The notes: generated by a model from the sequence alone, not told the origin. Shown: positions 30,350-40,885, counted from the first letter of the stretch. The stretch: 64,000 bases of DNA from Fidelibacterota bacterium (GCA_018673925.1 JABHBL010000019.1:45960-109959); one strand, 5' to 3'. A program made the numbers and translations.

Positions 30350-30488
30350 GGTTCACTCCTTTCTAAATGAGATGAATGAACATTTGAAATTAACCTGCGC
30401 ATGCAAACTCCCGTAGAGAAATCTAACGAACTTAACTTTCTCAAAATATAGTTGTCTAAAAGCACAGAAAATTGAAAGGAACCCAATT

Positions 30489-30968
30489 ATGTACAAAATC
30501 ACAAGACGTATCATCCCCTTACTCCTCCTGGTAGTCGCTCTGCCCACATATGCCTTGAAGGGACCTGCAAAGGAAGGAGCTGGTCAGGGGAAAGCGGGTA
30601 GACTTCAGGAAATGCAGCTGACTGAAGAACAGGAAGATCAGATGCAGGATCTGCGTTATGCCCATGAGAAGATCCTTATTGGTCTAAAGGCTGATTTAAA
30701 GACCGCCCAACTTGAGCTAAAAAAACTCAAACAGGCAGATGAGCCAAATAAGAAGAAAATTCATGCTCAAATCGAAAAAGTTGGCAAGCAACGCATAGCC
30801 ATAGATAAGGCCCGTGCAGATCACCACCTTGAAGTTCGCAAAGTACTGACTGCTGAACAGTTCAAGGTTTTCAAGAAAAAGATGAGGACCAGGACTGGTC
30901 ACAAAGGCGGCCGTAAAGGCGGACCTGCCGGAGATCGAGACCAGGGACATCGACCCTTTCGAAAATAA
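30489..30968 (+). CDS. Spy/CpxP-family periplasmic protein (LTXXQ motifs)
   Basis: signal peptide; two LTxxQ motifs (LTEEQ, LTAEQ), coiled-coil, basic tail. Confidence 0.6.
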   Translation: MYKITRRIIPLLLLVVALPTYALKGPAKEGAGQGKAGRLQEMQLTEEQEDQMQDLRYAHEKILIGLKADLKTAQLELKKLKQADEPNKKKIHAQIEKVGKQRIAIDKARADHHLEVRKVLTAEQFKVFKKKMRTRTGHKGGRKGGPAGDRDQGHRPFRK

Positions 30969-30995
30969 ATCTTCTTCCTCCCTAGAAGTGAAAAA

Positions 30996-31023
30996 GCACC
31001 CCGCTGTATGGGGTGCTTTTTTA
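30996..31023 (+). terminator. intrinsic terminator (GCACCCCgctgtatGGGGTGC + T-run)
   Basis: 7 bp GC-rich stem followed by TTTTTTATTTTT directly after the 30968 stop. Confidence 0.65.
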
Positions 31024-31049
31024 TTTTTCCTCAAATTGAATCCAGCTTG

Positions 31050-32243
31050 TTAGCTGATCGAGCCTGATTCTGCTTGAAGCTTGAAAAAGGTAATTTCAGA
31101 GGGCACTCCGAGACGAAGTGGAGGTCCCCAGTATCCAGTCCCCCTATTTACATAGACCTGCGTCTTGCCCTGTCTATAAAGACCGGCATAGTATTTATGT
31201 GCTCTTGCTACAGCCAGATGAAAGGGCATAAACTGACCACCATGAGTATGTCCGCAGACCAAAAGATCAATTGGCAGATTCTGAATCATATCGGCGGTTC
31301 CTGGCTGGTGAGCAAGCATAATACTTGGTATATCCTCAGGAACACCACTCATGGCCTTATGTGGGTCGCTTTTATGAGATTTGATAGTATGGTGAGCCAT
31401 GAGATCCGTGACCCCAACAATGGCCAGTGAAGACTCACCTCTAGTCAAAATACGATGTTCGTTTTTAAGATGAATCATCCCCAGTTCACCGACTTTATCC
31501 ACCCATTGTTTAGCACCTGAATAATACTCATGATTACCCGTGACGAAATAGGTTCCATATTTTGATTTTAAATCGCGCAGTGGTTCAACATCTGCTGACA
31601 ATCGATCAACGGATCCATCCACCATATCTCCCGTGAAAAAGATTATATCTGGCTGGAGGGAATTGACCTGGTCAACAACGGTTCGGGCATAGTCTGCCTT
31701 GATAGTAGGACCAACATGCAAATCTGAAACCTGGGCAATTTTCAAGCCCTGGAATTCTGCAGGTAGATTTGGGATGGCAATGTTTTGAGTGATGATGGTA
31801 GCTTTTCGTCGAGCTTGGAACAACCCAATCCCACCTAATACAGAAGTAACACCTACGATGCCCAGATTCATAGACATGAGTAGAAATTGTCTGCGTCCGG
31901 GATCCAATTCAATGCTACTGGGACTAGTGTTGGTAATTGATTTCAGAATTTTGAAAGAAAGCGTGCCCGTCACCCACCCCAGATCTCGGATAATAAAGGC
32001 TATAAAAGCGAGTGAAAACAAACCCATACCAATAAACCCAAGCCACAAAAAAATATCGATGAGAATATTCTCCAGTCCCCTGGATCGGAAGATCATCCCT
32101 GCGATAGGGGCTACGGCCAACAGGACAATAACTGCCCAATATATATAAAGACCTGCACCTGAAACATCAAAGGGAGCGACCACTCTGGCACCAACATACC
32201 CATACAGCAGGGTTAAAACAAAAACGACGACAATAAAAAACAC
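31050..32243 (-). CDS. membrane-anchored metallophosphoesterase (calcineurin-like)
   Basis: 3 N-terminal TM; GDMVDG, GNHEYY, CGHTHGGQ metallophosphatase motifs. Confidence 0.75.
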   Translation of the reverse strand: MFFIVVVFVLTLLYGYVGARVVAPFDVSGAGLYIYWAVIVLLAVAPIAGMIFRSRGLENILIDIFLWLGFIGMGLFSLAFIAFIIRDLGWVTGTLSFKILKSITNTSPSSIELDPGRRQFLLMSMNLGIVGVTSVLGGIGLFQARRKATIITQNIAIPNLPAEFQGLKIAQVSDLHVGPTIKADYARTVVDQVNSLQPDIIFFTGDMVDGSVDRLSADVEPLRDLKSKYGTYFVTGNHEYYSGAKQWVDKVGELGMIHLKNEHRILTRGESSLAIVGVTDLMAHHTIKSHKSDPHKAMSGVPEDIPSIMLAHQPGTADMIQNLPIDLLVCGHTHGGQFMPFHLAVARAHKYYAGLYRQGKTQVYVNRGTGYWGPPLRLGVPSEITFFKLQAESGSIS

Positions 32244-32395
32244 AACTTATCCTTTTCCTTCCCCAGAATGAACTAAATCAAAACCTGCAATGAGTCAATC
32301 CCTTTCTGATCCAATTTGCGGGGTGTTTTCAAGCGAAGCAATTCTATATTGTGCCACGTTCACTGCAACAATAATTAAATCTCGAGGTCATTGCT

Positions 32396-33658
32396 ATGTC
32401 ACTGCTACGTCAAGCATTCATGAAGTTCTGGAATTTGGAATTATACTGGAAAGTGTTTATTGGAATGGGTGCTGGAATTATCTATGCCTTATTAATGGGC
32501 GAGCAAGCCATGAACGTTGCTCCCCTGGGTGATATGTTCATGCGATTGCTAAAAATGGTCATAGTACCTCTCATTTTCTTTTCCATCACATCTGGTGTTT
32601 CAGGTATTGGTGAGAATAAAAGTCTTGGGCGTTTGGGTGCAAAAACCTTCGGCTACTACTTCCTCACATCCATGTTGGCCATTCTGATAGGTTTAACACT
32701 TACTAATGTTATTCAACCGGGTGTTGGCGTGGATATTAATGCCGGAGGCAAAGACTTTGATCCATCAAGCCTGAGTCAACCAGGAAGTCTGGGTAACATA
32801 CTTATCCGTATGATTCCGACAAATCCTATAGCAGCTGCAGCAAAGGGTGATGTTCTCTCGGTTATCTTTTTCTCAATCGTCCTGGGAATGGCCATCACTG
32901 TTTTACCTGAGAAACAATACAAGTTTATGCATGAACTATTTGATACCTTTTTCAAGGTCATGATGAAAATGACTCAGGGTGTAATCATGTTTCTACCCAT
33001 TGGTGTGTTCGGATTAATTGCAAAGGCTGTTGCCAGTACTGGTTTTACCCTATTTAAGGCTGTGGGTTGGTACATGGTGACAATTGCCTCTGGACTAACC
33101 ATTCATATTTTTATTGTGCTTCCCATAGTTTTTTATCTTTTCACCAAGATCAATCCTATGAAGCACTACAAGGCTATCGCATCTGCCATGGCTACTGCCT
33201 TCTCAACCAGCTCTTCTGGTGCCACACTACCTGTGACGATGGATTGTATCGAGAATCGTGCAGGTGTCTCCAATAAAGTTACCAGTTTTGTACTTCCCCT
33301 GGGTGCAACCATCAATATGGACGGCACGGCTCTATATGAATGCGCTGGAGTTCTCTTTATCTCACAGGCCCTTGGTTTTGATCTAACTGTGGCCCAACAA
33401 TTACTTATTGTCATCACAGCTTTTCTGGCATCTGTAGGTGCAGCCGCTATTCCCTCAGCAGGATTAGTTATGATATTTATTGTTTTAGATGCTGTGGGAC
33501 TGGGAGATCATCCCCAGGCCGCCATCATCGTTGGAACCATGCTGGCCGTCGATCGTCCCCTCGATATGTTTCGCACTGTTGTCAATGTAACCAGCGATAC
33601 AATGGGTGCTGTTATTGTGGCAAAATCTGAGGGAGAGGAAGTTCTCACAAAGGTCTAG
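32396..33658 (+). CDS. dicarboxylate/amino acid:cation symporter (DAACS/GltP family)
   Basis: 420 aa; DAACS conserved region ...SSSGATLPVTMDC..., NMDGTALYE. Confidence 0.85.
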   Translation: MSLLRQAFMKFWNLELYWKVFIGMGAGIIYALLMGEQAMNVAPLGDMFMRLLKMVIVPLIFFSITSGVSGIGENKSLGRLGAKTFGYYFLTSMLAILIGLTLTNVIQPGVGVDINAGGKDFDPSSLSQPGSLGNILIRMIPTNPIAAAAKGDVLSVIFFSIVLGMAITVLPEKQYKFMHELFDTFFKVMMKMTQGVIMFLPIGVFGLIAKAVASTGFTLFKAVGWYMVTIASGLTIHIFIVLPIVFYLFTKINPMKHYKAIASAMATAFSTSSSGATLPVTMDCIENRAGVSNKVTSFVLPLGATINMDGTALYECAGVLFISQALGFDLTVAQQLLIVITAFLASVGAAAIPSAGLVMIFIVLDAVGLGDHPQAAIIVGTMLAVDRPLDMFRTVVNVTSDTMGAVIVAKSEGEEVLTKV

Positions 33659-34022
33659 CAATTACTTCAATTCTCATGGCTTTTCAGCCTCGCTGAAGGG
33701 TCTAGATTACCTTTATTCATATCAAATTCGATAGCTCTAGGACTTGACCAGCTCTGGAGCTAAATTTGGCGCATCGGGGGAATATTTGGGTGCTTTTTTA
33801 AAACTTTGACTGCAATGATGCTCGGCATTTTTTGAACGAGAACTTACCAACGGGAACCCAACTCCTTGCTGCTAAGGCAGGCCTTTCCCTCCCCCCAGGG
33901 ATCAAGGAAGTCTGATCTTTAAGGGCGGTGCCCACCGTGAATAAACACGGTTCAAAAATGTCACATTGTTGCAGTTTTTTTTATCAGAAATTACTCATAT
34001 ATCCAAAAATATATTTTAGCAA

Positions 34023-35936
34023 CTAGTCTAAATTAAAGATTTCAATGGGCTCCACTGATTCGGCCGCTTCGATTCCAAATATCCGGGTATAAAAATAGTA
34101 TTCACTCTCGATAGCTTTGATCACTGTTGTGGATTGCCTGAAACCGTGAGACTCTCCTTCAAAGGGTAAATAGGCAACTGGAATTCCATTCCGTTTTAGA
34201 GCAGCTACCATGCTCTCTGCCTGGTTCGGTGGGACAACAGGATCGTCTAAACCCTGCATAAAAATGACGGGACAGTCCAACTGATCCGCAAAATTTAGAG
34301 GTGAGCGGTCGATATAGAGTTGTTTTCCCTCTGGATACGGACCCACCATACTATCCAGATAGCGGCTTTCGAATTTGTGAGTGTCCCGAGCCAGCAAAGT
34401 GAGGTCACCAACACCATAGTAGCTGGCTCCTGCCTTGAACACATCCATGAAGGTGAGAGCTGCCAATGTGGTGTATCCACCAGCACTTCCGCCCTTAATG
34501 ATCAATCTTTCATGATCTGCCAGGCCTTCATTAGCCAGATGATTGGCAGCGGCAGCACAATCGTGGACATCACGAATCCCCCATTCTCCTCTCAGACGTT
34601 CGCGATAAATACGTCCATATCCTGTTGAACCACTATAATTGACATCTACAATGGCAAAACCACGCGTTGTCCAGTATTGAATCGCCAGACTGAATGCACC
34701 CGAACTATTACCAGTTGGTCCACCATGACTCAAAACGATGAGAGGCGGCAGATTTTCTTCAGGTGCTGTGTAGTTAGGATTTTTGGGTGGATAATACCAA
34801 GCATGGGTCAACTCACCCGGAGCCGTTTCAAAGCTTATATGTTGAGCACGAGAAATATACGTTTCATCAATATCAGTCTCTGCAGCTCTCTGAATAGGAT
34901 GTGTGGAATTGGCATCTAGATCCATAGCGACCACTTCACCTGGTTGGGAGTCTGTATGACCAATGAAGGCGATGAGGTTCTTTGATCCTCTGACTTGATC
35001 AATAGAGCTGAAAGCGGTTTTAATTTCTTTCGATGTGCGTGAGTTTACATCTATTCTAGTTAAGTGTGAGCCCGTCATATCTGAATAAGCAGCAACAAGA
35101 TCCCCGGAGTTGAGTACGGTATATTTGCTCATACCAAAGACCCATTGAGGAAGACCAAACTCTGCCTCTTTCTCAAGAACACATGTGGTCTGGGTTTCCG
35201 AATAGTGATATATATTCCACCATCCGTTTCGATCAGAAATGAAGTAGATACTTCCATCAGGATCCCAGAGGGGTTGAAAAATAGATTCCTGCTTTCCACC
35301 TGCTATCCCTTGAACACTATGAAAGCTCCCATCCTCTTTCAAATTTGCCAGCATGAGCTGAGTCCCATCCCAGGGCATGTTGGGGTGATCCCAGATCAGG
35401 AATAGGAGTTGTTTACCATCTGGACTGAGCTGGGGATTCGAATAGAAATCATGTCCTTCTGCGATGATACTCATTTCCCCAGTAGCTAGAGAAATATTTA
35501 CGAGATAATTCTCGATATTCTGGGGATCAGAATGATCCTCACCGACAGCAAAGAGCAACCCTCGATTCTGATCCAGAATCATATCTGCAAACCGATATGT
35601 AGATTGATGGGTAATCTGCTTGGACTCACCTTTTTCCAGGACTTCATATATCTGTTGATCGGAGTTATTGATATAAAAGCGACGGTCAGCATTGCAGAGA
35701 AATGCTCCGCCCCCATATTCGTGGGTGCGAGTTCGAACATCGCTTTGCAATGAAGTGATTTCACCTATAGCTCCACCTGACCAAGCCATTAAGGCTGTAC
35801 GCCCTTTCTCAGCAGGTCGTCCCTCTGTCCAGTAGACAGATCCATCATCGATTTGGATCTGTCCCAACCGTAAACTACTCTGTACCAGTGACTTTCCAGA
35901 AATGGGAGATTTCCAGGATCCATAAGGTTTACTCAT
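34023..35936 (-). CDS. S9-family serine peptidase (prolyl oligopeptidase / acylaminoacyl-peptidase-like) with N-terminal beta-propeller
   Basis: GGSAGG nucleophile elbow, catalytic D/H region (LPFEGESHGF); start set at Met11, which abuts the upstream gene stop. Confidence 0.8.
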   Translation of the reverse strand: MSKPYGSWKSPISGKSLVQSSLRLGQIQIDDGSVYWTEGRPAEKGRTALMAWSGGAIGEITSLQSDVRTRTHEYGGGAFLCNADRRFYINNSDQQIYEVLEKGESKQITHQSTYRFADMILDQNRGLLFAVGEDHSDPQNIENYLVNISLATGEMSIIAEGHDFYSNPQLSPDGKQLLFLIWDHPNMPWDGTQLMLANLKEDGSFHSVQGIAGGKQESIFQPLWDPDGSIYFISDRNGWWNIYHYSETQTTCVLEKEAEFGLPQWVFGMSKYTVLNSGDLVAAYSDMTGSHLTRIDVNSRTSKEIKTAFSSIDQVRGSKNLIAFIGHTDSQPGEVVAMDLDANSTHPIQRAAETDIDETYISRAQHISFETAPGELTHAWYYPPKNPNYTAPEENLPPLIVLSHGGPTGNSSGAFSLAIQYWTTRGFAIVDVNYSGSTGYGRIYRERLRGEWGIRDVHDCAAAANHLANEGLADHERLIIKGGSAGGYTTLAALTFMDVFKAGASYYGVGDLTLLARDTHKFESRYLDSMVGPYPEGKQLYIDRSPLNFADQLDCPVIFMQGLDDPVVPPNQAESMVAALKRNGIPVAYLPFEGESHGFRQSTTVIKAIESEYYFYTRIFGIEAAESVEPIEIFNLD

Positions 35937-35938
35937 TA

Positions 35939-37432
35939 TCAATCCATACCTTTGTAGTTGGAACACTGATAAATATCGATTTTCCTTACCAATTTTCCGA
36001 AGTTTTCAATCTTAATGGTCCTCAACTTTTTCACCTCATCAAAATAGGGAGTAATCTTTTTTGGTTTAAAACGATATTCGCGACGGTTATCCACTACAAG
36101 CAACCCGCTTCTCCCCTTGAGTTCTTCTTCCTTGGGCCAGATATCGAATTGGAGAGCATGTTTCCCGATAATGTCCTGGGCATAGGTTCTGGGTTGATCT
36201 GGCAAATAGAATTTCAGCAGCGAGCTAGCCTTGTAATTGGTGCTAAAGATAAACGGGGATTCCCCTTCGTTTCTCAGGGAATCTTGTAATGTCTTAACAT
36301 CCTGCGCAGCCTGTTTCCAACCGCTCCATGTATTCCCTTCTCCAAGGGGAACATTTGGGATGGCTACCACGGAGATGCCAACCGCCAGAAATATGAGTGA
36401 TGAAAAAACACCAGTTCGCATGCGATTGAATCTATTGGAAGATTGGAAAAGATAATAAATGCCCAAAATGATGAGTGACCAATATGCAGGAGCTAACCAA
36501 TTCATTTTTACCAGGCTGCGGAAACTAACTGCAGTAAAAAACACTGATGTGACCAGACCACTACTAAGGAGTAGCAACAGTTTGTCCTCCATACCAGTGA
36601 AAAGTTTGCGACCATATCGAATCAAGGTGGCTATTACGACGACAAACAGATAGGGGGATAAAATAAAAAACTGTGATCCCAACAGCTCTCCAAAATGTTT
36701 CACCTTCCAGTGACCCATCCCTGAAGCACGCTGAGAACCCTGGAATGCAAAGGAAATCCAATCATGTTGAGCATTCCAGATCAGTACGGGTGAAAACACC
36801 AGGATTGCTAGAATTATTCCCAGATAAGGATGCGGAGTGACTAGCCATTTCCTTTGATTCTTTGAGACGATGATAAAGAGGAAAACCGAAGGTACTAGCA
36901 TAATCCCTGAATACTTCCCTAACCAGGCCAGTCCCATAAACAGACCTGCAACATACCACCACTGGGGATGTTTGCTCTGAACCAGTTTCCACAGCGCATA
37001 TATGGTGGCTGTCCAACAAAAGAGCAGGGGTGTATCAGGTGTAATGACAAATCCATAAAGTTCGAAGACAATAGATGCGTTGAGAGCCAGAAGAGTCCAG
37101 AAAGTTTGGCGTGAATTGTCAAACATTTCCTGAATAATGGTTGCCCAGATGATATTCATACCGAGATACCATAGCACTGCGGCTAGTTTAATTCCAAATA
37201 TGGTCTGGCCAAAAATCAAGGTAGTAAACCAGATGCTATAACTTGCTAGAGGGGGATGATCAAAATATGATAGCGCCAGATCCCTACTCCAGCTCCAATA
37301 ATAGGCTTCTTGAGGTGTGAGTGGTAGGATGAGGGCCAGGAACAATCGAAACAACGTAAATCCCAGAATAACCTTCCAGGCGCTTGTTGGAATGCCTATA
37401 TAGCTTTTTTTAAAGGTGATCTTATTGGACAT
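35939..37432 (-). CDS. glycosyltransferase family 39 (ArnT/PMT-like) membrane protein
   Basis: 497 aa polytopic; N-terminal LTPQEAYYWSWSRDLALSYFDHPPL motif (DE loop) of GT39/83 glycosyl-lipid transferases. Confidence 0.7.
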   Translation of the reverse strand: MSNKITFKKSYIGIPTSAWKVILGFTLFRLFLALILPLTPQEAYYWSWSRDLALSYFDHPPLASYSIWFTTLIFGQTIFGIKLAAVLWYLGMNIIWATIIQEMFDNSRQTFWTLLALNASIVFELYGFVITPDTPLLFCWTATIYALWKLVQSKHPQWWYVAGLFMGLAWLGKYSGIMLVPSVFLFIIVSKNQRKWLVTPHPYLGIILAILVFSPVLIWNAQHDWISFAFQGSQRASGMGHWKVKHFGELLGSQFFILSPYLFVVVIATLIRYGRKLFTGMEDKLLLLLSSGLVTSVFFTAVSFRSLVKMNWLAPAYWSLIILGIYYLFQSSNRFNRMRTGVFSSLIFLAVGISVVAIPNVPLGEGNTWSGWKQAAQDVKTLQDSLRNEGESPFIFSTNYKASSLLKFYLPDQPRTYAQDIIGKHALQFDIWPKEEELKGRSGLLVVDNRREYRFKPKKITPYFDEVKKLRTIKIENFGKLVRKIDIYQCSNYKGMD

Positions 37433-37570
37433 GGAAAGATTCCTATTCTGCTCTGGATTGGTTTCAGGCTAGAAGATAGGAATACGAATTCGTATGTCGA
37501 CTGATATTGTTTTTTGTTGGGGAAAAAGTAGGGGCAACTGACAATCCCCAGAAGGTCAATTCAGAGAGAT

Positions 37571-37873
37571 TTAATCTCGACCGGTATTGTATTTAAGACG
37601 TTCCACAATGATGTTTCGATCTGATTTTCCCTTATATGCTTCTTGCGAGACAATGTCCTTGCGTCCAGGATAACCTGCTTTGGACAGTGTCGTTAGTTGA
37701 TCCTCATCCTCATCATTGGGACAGAAAGCACAGGAATCACCTTCACCATCTAGCTCGTGGGTAGCAGCGCATGAACTGTGGACTTTATTCTCGCCAGTAA
37801 GAATCAAAGCAATACTCATAATGAGCATGGCGCTACCAATAATACCAATCGTAAGTAGTATTATCGTCGTCAA
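37571..37873 (-). CDS. small single-pass membrane protein with Cys cluster (weak NqrM/DUF539-like)
   Basis: 100 aa; TM then SSCAATHELDGEGDSCAFC; translationally coupled (ATGA) to yciH. Confidence 0.35.
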   Translation of the reverse strand: MTTIILLTIGIIGSAMLIMSIALILTGENKVHSSCAATHELDGEGDSCAFCPNDEDEDQLTTLSKAGYPGRKDIVSQEAYKGKSDRNIIVERLKYNTGRD

Positions 37874-38184
37874 CCTTTTACCTCGTAACCTTCATCGCTC
37901 AAGTATACACGAAAACGGTCTCGATGTTCACCCTGGATTTCAATTTTCTCATTTTTTGTCGTCCCGCCGGCACTTACGAGGTTTTTTAGCTGTTTGGCCA
38001 GTGCCTTCATGTCAGGAACACCTTCCATATCATATAAAATAGTAGTTGGTTTGCCTTTGCGCTTTTCCATGCGCAACCGTACAATCTTATTACCACTCTC
38101 ACGTTTCCTCGTGGAGTGATCCTTGTCTGCATTGAAGGTCCAGCCTTCACCAACACTGATTCTATTTGATTTCTTGCGACTCAT
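37870..38184 (-). CDS. yciH: translation initiation factor SUI1/YciH family
   Basis: KIVRLRMEKRKGKPTTILYDMEG...LAKQLKNLVSAGGTTKNEKIEIQGEHRD = SUI1 fold consensus. Confidence 0.75.
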   Translation of the reverse strand: MSRKKSNRISVGEGWTFNADKDHSTRKRESGNKIVRLRMEKRKGKPTTILYDMEGVPDMKALAKQLKNLVSAGGTTKNEKIEIQGEHRDRFRVYLSDEGYEVKG

Positions 38185-38305
38185 ACGCTCATAATCTATT
38201 GCTGACCAGTCTGATTAAAACAAAAAGTCCCACATGTTTCCATGCAGGACTTTAATATGACAAGGCTGCAAAGGATTAAAACCTTTGCAAGGTTAAACTC
38301 AGGAT

Positions 38306-39661
38306 TTATTGTTGGCTCTTTTTAACGGCAGCTTCCATTTCCTTGAGAACTTCAGTATTCAGAATCGAAGCCAGGGTAGGCATACCAATTTCCTGCAATT
38401 TGTAGGTCACACGAACGGAGGGCTTCTCAATATTGATGATGCGTCTCAGATCAATTGGAGTCCCGATAACCACAGCTTCACATTCAACCTGATTAATGGT
38501 GGTTTCAAGATCTTTCATCTGTTCATCACCATAGCCCATGGCTGGTAATATCTGACCAATATCTGGATACTTATCAAAGGTTTCAGAAAGTTTGCCAACG
38601 GTCCAGGGTCTTGGATCAACCAGACTCTCTGCGCCATACTTTTCAGCGGCTACCACACCAGCACCATACTGCATCTCGCCATGGGTCAATGTTGGACCAT
38701 CTTCAACAACCAATACATTTTTACCATAAATCACATCTTCATCATCAACAGATACTGGTGATGCAGCATCGACGACGATGGCTTCTGGATTCACGATACG
38801 GATATTCTCACGCACGGTGGCAATATCATCTATATCAGCGGTATCAATTTTATTGATGACAATCACATCAGCCATGAGCAGGTTGGTTTCACCGGGATAA
38901 TAGGTCAATTCGTGACCAGCTCTGTGTGGATCCACAACCGTGATCATGATATCTGGCATATAGAACGGCATATCGTTATTTCCACCATCCCAGACAATGA
39001 TATCGGCTTCTTTTTCTGCTTCTCTAAGAATGGCTTCATAATCAACACCGGCATAGACGACAGTGTTATTCATGATGTGCGGTTCATATTCTTCCATCTC
39101 TTCAATGGTACAATCATGTTTTTTAAGGTCAGCTAGCTCGGCGAAGCGCTGTACTTTCTGTTTTACCAGATCACCATATGGCATGGGGTGACGGATGGCG
39201 ACCACTTTTTTACCTTGAGCTGTGAGATGATCACAGACAGCACGCGTGGTCTGACTTTTTCCACACCCTGTTCGTGCTGCACAAATAGCGATCACAGGTT
39301 TGGTGCTGGGAATCATAGTTGATTTGGCACCCATGAGACGAAAATCTGCACCAGCATAATTCACGATAGCTGCTTTGGACATGACATAGTCGTATGGAAG
39401 ATCACTATAGGAAAAAACAACTTCATCTACATCTAGATCGTAAATCAAATCCTCAAGTTCTTCTTCATCATGGATGGAGATACCCTCTGGATAGAGGCTT
39501 CCAGCTAACTCGGCTGGGTATTTTCTACCATCAATATCTGGAATCTGTGTGGCTGTGAAGGCAACCACATCATAGGCTTCGTTCTCCCGGAAAAAAACAT
39601 TGAAATTATGAAAATCACGCCCGGCTGCACCCATGATCAATACTTTAACTCGATCGCTCAT
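38306..39661 (-). CDS. P-loop NTPase of the COG2403 / cyclic 2,3-diphosphoglycerate synthetase-like family
   Basis: 451 aa; Walker A AARTGCGKSQTT; N-terminal VLIMGAAGRDFHNFNV as remembered for cDPGS-like proteins; assignment from memory only. Confidence 0.45.
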   Translation of the reverse strand: MSDRVKVLIMGAAGRDFHNFNVFFRENEAYDVVAFTATQIPDIDGRKYPAELAGSLYPEGISIHDEEELEDLIYDLDVDEVVFSYSDLPYDYVMSKAAIVNYAGADFRLMGAKSTMIPSTKPVIAICAARTGCGKSQTTRAVCDHLTAQGKKVVAIRHPMPYGDLVKQKVQRFAELADLKKHDCTIEEMEEYEPHIMNNTVVYAGVDYEAILREAEKEADIIVWDGGNNDMPFYMPDIMITVVDPHRAGHELTYYPGETNLLMADVIVINKIDTADIDDIATVRENIRIVNPEAIVVDAASPVSVDDEDVIYGKNVLVVEDGPTLTHGEMQYGAGVVAAEKYGAESLVDPRPWTVGKLSETFDKYPDIGQILPAMGYGDEQMKDLETTINQVECEAVVIGTPIDLRRIINIEKPSVRVTYKLQEIGMPTLASILNTEVLKEMEAAVKKSQQ

Positions 39662-39832
39662 TGTATCTCCTTTATGTAATTATTTCTGAATTGAACAAAA
39701 TTTACAACACGAATCAATGCAAAATTCCCGCCAATGATGGCGAGTTTGTACCGCAAATATTATAATCTTATTTATAAATATGTATAGAGAATGTTAGGCT
39801 TTATTCAGGCCATCCATTCTTAAAACAATTAA

Positions 39833-40885
39833 TTAGTAATTGTCTTTACTACCTGGAACATTGGGAAACAAGTCACCTTCTTCACGATATGCAAAGTTCG
39901 CTAATTCAGGATCCTTTTCCAACTCAGATATAATTTTTGATATTTCACCTTCCATATGGGCAAATTCCATATGGCGATATAGACGTTTCCGATATTCTGA
40001 GGCACCTGGAAAGCCCTTTAGATACCAGCTTAGGTGTTTCTTGATATAATTGGTTGCCCGATAATCACCCATAGAGACTGCTTCTAGGTACAGGTGACGG
40101 TGACATAATTTTACACGGTCAATCAGTCGGACAGCTCCAGATAAGGTACCCGTATCAAGATATTCATTGATCTCTCGAAAAATCCATGGATTTCCTAAAG
40201 CTCGGCGACCAATCATGACACCATCACAACCTGTCTCATCAATCATACGTTTTGCATCCGCCGCACTTTTAATGTCCCCATTACCAATAAGTGGAATACT
40301 GATGGCTTTCCGCGTTTCAGCTATCAAGCTCCAATCGGCTTCACCGGTATACAGCTGTTTGGTGGTGCGGGGATGCAAAGTGAGAGCCTTTATTCCTGCT
40401 TCTTCGAGGGCTGCAGCAGCCACAGGGGCAACAATACAACCGTTGTTCCATCCTGACCGAATTTTTGCCGTCACAGGGATTGAAACCGCTTCCACTACGG
40501 CTCTGGCAACATCATCCATAAGAGGTAAATCTTTGAGGATGGCTGATCCGGCTCCCCTTTTGGTGACTTTTGGAACTGGGCAGCCAAAATTGAGATCAAT
40601 GAGATCAGGTTTGACAATGTCTTCAATATATTTGGCGCTCTGGGCCAGGACTTCTGGAGTTTCACCAAAAATTTGAACACCGATGGGTCGCTCAGATTCT
40701 GTAAATTTCATCATATCCAGTGTCTTCTGATTCTCTCTGATGATGCCGTTGGCAGAGACAAATTCAGTATAGACCAGACCAGCGCCCTGTTCTTTACAGA
40801 GCACCCGAAATGGATGACCTGTTACACCGGCCATGGGAGCCAGCAGGGCTTTTGATTTTACTTGGATGGGTCCGATCTTAAACAT
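39833..40885 (-). CDS. dusB: tRNA-dihydrouridine synthase (DusB-like)
   Basis: LAPMAGVTGHPFR...DLNFGCP...catalytic Cys; 350 aa TIM barrel plus helical C-terminus. Confidence 0.85.
   Translation of the reverse strand: MFKIGPIQVKSKALLAPMAGVTGHPFRVLCKEQGAGLVYTEFVSANGIIRENQKTLDMMKFTESERPIGVQIFGETPEVLAQSAKYIEDIVKPDLIDLNFGCPVPKVTKRGAGSAILKDLPLMDDVARAVVEAVSIPVTAKIRSGWNNGCIVAPVAAAALEEAGIKALTLHPRTTKQLYTGEADWSLIAETRKAISIPLIGNGDIKSAADAKRMIDETGCDGVMIGRRALGNPWIFREINEYLDTGTLSGAVRLIDRVKLCHRHLYLEAVSMGDYRATNYIKKHLSWYLKGFPGASEYRKRLYRHMEFAHMEGEISKIISELEKDPELANFAYREEGDLFPNVPGSKDNY

Noticed and set aside
33840-33900. Possible SRP (4.5S) RNA helix-8-like sequence GCUGCUAAGGCAGG
   Set aside because: Could not find the complementary 5' strand (GGUGCUGUUUACC...) or the GGAA/GNRA apical loop; match too short to call an ncRNA feature.
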